Below are positions 5,526 to 8,115 of a stretch of DNA of 8,115 bases, in pieces (the first letter of the stretch is position 1; each line of letters opens with the position of its first letter). The stretch lies in the sequence record DRR723986_232568; one strand, given 5' to 3'. Under the pieces are notes generated by a model. That model was given only the letters and a program-made list of their open reading frames with translations, was not told the DNA's origin and made no database searches. Position numbers and translations under genes: made by a program.

Positions 5526-6509
5526 TTACGCAGCATCATTATATTTCTTTAACCACTTTCTAACAGCACCTTCAGAAACTCCAAACTCTTTTCCAATTTG
5601 AGTATTTGACACTCCTTCTGCTTTCATTCTTGCAGCTTCCATTATCCTGAAGTCAACGTCATCTTGACTGAGCTCCTTAAGATGTTCAGACTCTCTACCA
5701 TAACCCATTAATTGTAATTCAAGAATGTTAGAAGCCTTAACCTTGTTACAGATTATTACATTGTCATCACCATAGAGTATTTCAGTGTTTCTTGCTTTAA
5801 TCTGCTTTATGTATCTAATACTCTCATCCTTAAAGCTCTTATTAATAGCAAAACAACTGTCTGTAAAGTTCATTAACTGCTTACTGCCCGCAAGGTGATT
5901 AAGGTTAATTGCTTTAGTTACATCTCTCTTAGGAGTGTGAGCCAACACCAATATAGATAACCCATACTTTGTTTTAAGTCGCTTTAGGTTCTTCATTAGT
6001 GGTGCTGCAATGTTTGCCTTTTCTCCATCGTTTAATAGGAATGAAATGTTATCGACAATTACAACCTTACTCTCTGTTTCTAATACACATTCCTCAATGC
6101 TCTTAATTATGTTCTCAACACTATCCGTATTATCTGCAATAAAATCAGGATTCAGTTCTACTCGTATTAGATTGTCATCAAATCTATAATACTTGTTAAT
6201 GTTGTTCTCTGAGCCTTCATTAGCAGTATACCTTAATTGGAATTGTTTGGCTGTAAGTTCAAAGTCAAAGTAAAGTACCTTCTGTTTGTCTCCTTGATAC
6301 TTAAAATCACTAATGTAACCTTTACTAATGCCATTAGCTATTTGAACAGCTAATATGGTTTTACCAACGTTTGCGTCTGCAAATAAAATACAGAGTTCAT
6401 TCTCATACCATAGCTCACTAAAGAGCATATTAGGAACTCGTATGTGTTTAACTTTATTAATCCATTCGTTTGCTGAATTAACTAAAAATAACTTGTTAGG
6501 CTTTTTCAT
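5526..6509 (-). CDS. AAA_25/RepA-like (RecA-fold) ATPase, probable replicative helicase, with C-terminal HTH
   Basis: Walker A LFADANVGKT, YFDFEL, Walker B VVIVDN, LVLAHTPK and AGSK motifs. C-terminal HTH GVSNTQIGKEFGVSEGAVRKWL. ATGA overlap with the upstream gene. Confidence 0.85.
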   Translation of the reverse strand: MKKPNKLFLVNSANEWINKVKHIRVPNMLFSELWYENELCILFADANVGKTILAVQIANGISKGYISDFKYQGDKQKVLYFDFELTAKQFQLRYTANEGSENNINKYYRFDDNLIRVELNPDFIADNTDSVENIIKSIEECVLETESKVVIVDNISFLLNDGEKANIAAPLMKNLKRLKTKYGLSILVLAHTPKRDVTKAINLNHLAGSKQLMNFTDSCFAINKSFKDESIRYIKQIKARNTEILYGDDNVIICNKVKASNILELQLMGYGRESEHLKELSQDDVDFRIMEAARMKAEGVSNTQIGKEFGVSEGAVRKWLKKYNDAA

Positions 6510-6847
6510 ACTGTAAATAATGTTAATTGATTAGACTTAGGTTTATACTTCTTGTTGGTGGTGTAGAAGCCAACACCATTTCTTTTTGATATAGGACATT
6601 TAGAAAACTTTACTTTATAAATAGTCCCTTGTTTCTCCATACGATTTAATAGAGATGTAAAATTGGTACGTCTAACGTCTAATTCTACCTCAACCATTAA
6701 CATCGTTTTAGGTGTCATTGAAAAGGCTTGAAGAACCCTTCTCTTTTGAGCTCCATAAGCTCTTTGTTGTTCCACCTCACCCTGAGGTCTTACAACTTGC
6801 AGATTACTCTTGTAATCAGTTTCATAATTTGGATTTCGTAATCCCAT
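6506..6847 (-). CDS. Small basic winged-helix-like DNA-binding protein with C-terminal QLTLF motif
   Basis: PKTMLMVEVELDVRRTNFTSLLNRMEKQGTIYKV fits a wHTH pattern. It is translationally coupled to the ATPase, in the position usually held by xis/AlpA-like genes. Confidence 0.7.
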   Translation of the reverse strand: MGLRNPNYETDYKSNLQVVRPQGEVEQQRAYGAQKRRVLQAFSMTPKTMLMVEVELDVRRTNFTSLLNRMEKQGTIYKVKFSKCPISKRNGVGFYTTNKKYKPKSNQLTLFTV

Positions 6848-6877
6848 AATTAAAACTTTTAGTTGTTAATAATGAGG

Positions 6878-6945
6878 CTAAACTATTATGAAACAGAGAT
6901 TTAGTAGACTACGTTTTAGAGAGCGTAGTGTAGTGTGTAGTGTGT
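6878..6945 (-). promoter_or_regulatory. Putative promoter/operator of the wHTH-ATPase operon with clustered GTAGT/ACTAC motifs
   Basis: TAGTTTAG (-7-like, minus strand 6878-6885); GTAG-A-CTAC palindrome 6904-6912; ACTACG (6908) / CGTAGT (6924) inverted pair; GTAGT direct copies at 6925, 6930 and 6937. Confidence 0.5.
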
Positions 6946-6994
6946 GATTTCTTTTAAAGAGCTGTATTATAGAAAGTTGTAATTTAAATGAAGT

Positions 6995-7885
6995 CTAATT
7001 TTTTCTAAGCTCTATTAAGTTGTTTATGATTTTTATAATTGGGTCAGATAATTCATCACTAATATGATTACTTCCTCTTAATTGGTCTTTGTTTACAATT
7101 TCGTTATCTACTGTAAAGACCTGTTCTGATTTAACCCAAATAGATTTGTCTTTAATAAAATCATCTTTTTTTAATGTTGAAATTAGATAGCTTAATTGGT
7201 TTCTCTTACCTATCCAATTAATTTTACTTTCAAAAATCTCCCCTGAAAAAATGTTTTGGAAATCTGTCTTTGAAGTGTCGGAAGAAATGAGATTCTCTTT
7301 AATTAAATCCCTTTGTAATTGCTTTAGGCTTTCAAAATCTTTAGTGTGGTGGAAACATTTATACCCTTTTAGAGTTCCTGAGGTTTCTTTTTTATTTGGT
7401 GAGCTAATAATTTTCTTTAAATCCTGTAAGACTTCTAATATTTCTTTAAAATAGAATTTAAGTTGGTTGTGATTTTTCTCCGTTATAAGAAGTGTGTCTG
7501 TATTTGACTTTTTATCTAAACTTGTTTTATACTCAAAAAAATTTGTGCCATCAATACTATTCCATAGCAAAGGGGTTAATCCAATAAATTCATTTAGCTC
7601 ACTCTTTAAAATCTCAACTCCCAAATTTTCATTATTTGTAAAAAGTTCTAAATCAAAAAAACCATTTGTATTAATAAATCTTTGCTTCCTTAACAACAAA
7701 TACTCTTTAAGCTCTTGTACAGTGAAAGAATTAACGATTGTAATGGGTCTATAAGCATTATACATTCTATCTCTTTCTTCAATATCCAATCCATACTTTT
7801 CAGCAACATCAAAAGCATTGAGTTTGTTAACTGAAAATATTAGGTTTGAAATGTAGGCTTCTAATTGGTCTTCGGTAAAGTTCAC
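6995..7885 (-). CDS. Hypothetical protein (GTG start), possibly an element-encoded transcriptional regulator
   Basis: 296-aa uninterrupted ORF. The C-terminal LI..T...F..IFSG....KINWIG...L.YLI..L pattern resembles uncharacterised proteins of Bacteroidota mobile elements. The function is inferred from position only. Confidence 0.7.
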   Translation of the reverse strand: MNFTEDQLEAYISNLIFSVNKLNAFDVAEKYGLDIEERDRMYNAYRPITIVNSFTVQELKEYLLLRKQRFINTNGFFDLELFTNNENLGVEILKSELNEFIGLTPLLWNSIDGTNFFEYKTSLDKKSNTDTLLITEKNHNQLKFYFKEILEVLQDLKKIISSPNKKETSGTLKGYKCFHHTKDFESLKQLQRDLIKENLISSDTSKTDFQNIFSGEIFESKINWIGKRNQLSYLISTLKKDDFIKDKSIWVKSEQVFTVDNEIVNKDQLRGSNHISDELSDPIIKIINNLIELRKN

Positions 7886-7914
7886 AACAAAAATTTTGAA
7901 CTAAAATAACAACC

Positions 7915-7945
7915 TCTGTCAAATGTCTGCCAAATGTCTGCCAAA
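7915..7945 (+). repeat. Three tandem 11-bp TCTGYCAAATG units; putative integrase arm-type binding sites (right)
   Basis: tctgtcaaatg tctgccaaatg tctgccaaa, with the same motif and orientation as 79-98. Confidence 0.85.
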
Positions 7946-8052
7946 AAAAAGTGTATTTTAGCATTGTTCTTTGATAGTGAAATTTAAAGTGTGTTGTAGT
8001 TTGGTAAGAAATAGGTTTCTTGAAACCCCAATAAACACAAAGGTTATAAAAC

Positions 8053-8081
8053 AAAAAAAGCACCTACTAACGTAAGTGCTT
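8053..8081 (-). terminator. Intrinsic terminator downstream of the tRNA
   Basis: Minus strand AAGCACTTAC-GTTA-GTAGGTGCTT (10-bp stem with one G-U pair) running into a T tract, 5 nt after the tRNA 3' end. Confidence 0.88.
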
Positions 8082-8086
8082 AAAAG

Positions 8087-8115
8087 TGGTCCCACTTGGG
8101 CTCGAACCAAGGACC
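8087..8115 (-). tRNA. 3' part (variable loop, T arm, acceptor strand) of tRNA-CAT, probably tRNA-Ile2; the gene continues beyond the window; att site
   Basis: Reverse complement is GGTC-CTTGG-TTCGAGC-CCAAG-TGGGACC-A. The CAT anticodon is inferred from the duplicated fragment at 1-30. G68/G69 and the GA-CTCATAA-TC arm resemble Ile2. The three G-C pairs of an initiator anticodon stem are absent. Confidence 0.85.

Larger units (their letters stand above)
1..8115. mobile_element. tRNA-integrated element (integrase-bearing island, putative phage satellite), att to att
   Basis: Both ends are parts of the same minus-strand tRNA. Joining 8087-8115 to 1-30 with a 1-base overlap gives TGGTTAGAGCACCTGACTCATAATCAGGTGGTCCTTGGTTCGAGCCCAAGTGGGACCA. 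An integrase lies next to one end and the same 11-bp repeats occur at both ends. Confidence 0.92.

Noticed and set aside
7251-7754. Two + strand ORFs (67 and 86 aa)
   Set aside because: Antisense shadows of the 296-aa gene with F/L/S-rich composition typical of non-coding frames.
7954-7961. TATTTTAG on the + strand as an outward promoter driving int in the circular form
   Set aside because: No -33 element, and the hairpin at 8058-8081 (followed by the tRNA segment) lies between it and int; support is too weak.
7827-8063. 78-aa minus-strand ORF
   Set aside because: Runs through the terminator, att arm and repeats and overlaps the 296-aa gene out of frame; no protein-like features.
1-8115. 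Intact prophage or conjugative/mobilizable transposon
   Set aside because: No structural, lysis, relaxase or transfer genes are recognisable, and the fibre-like protein has a signal peptide, so it is unlikely to be a virion part.

Overview
The window appears to be one complete ~8.1-kb integrative element from an AT-rich Bacteroidota (probably Flavobacteriaceae) genome, inserted in a minus-strand tRNA with a CAT anticodon (most likely tRNA-Ile2). The two window ends are complementary pieces of that tRNA and join with a 1-base overlap, so the window runs from one att repeat to the other. Core genes are a tyrosine integrase with matching 11-bp arm-type repeats at both ends, a small GRPKGSxNK protein resembling a terminase small subunit, an AAA_25/RepA-like ATPase with a C-terminal HTH, a small winged-helix protein ending in a QLxLF clamp-binding motif, and a 296-aa hypothetical protein. 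There are two cargo slots: (i) a frameshifted secreted YadA-repeat/peptidase-S74 fibre protein plus a secreted trypsin-like protease, and (ii) a coupled HNH nuclease + HIT hydrolase pair bracketed by two related palindromic TCGTAC repeat clusters. I see no capsid, tail-assembly, lysis, relaxase or conjugation genes. The best inference is a PICI-like phage satellite of Flavobacteria carrying a candidate two-gene antiphage system. All family assignments come from motifs recognised by eye, not from database searches.
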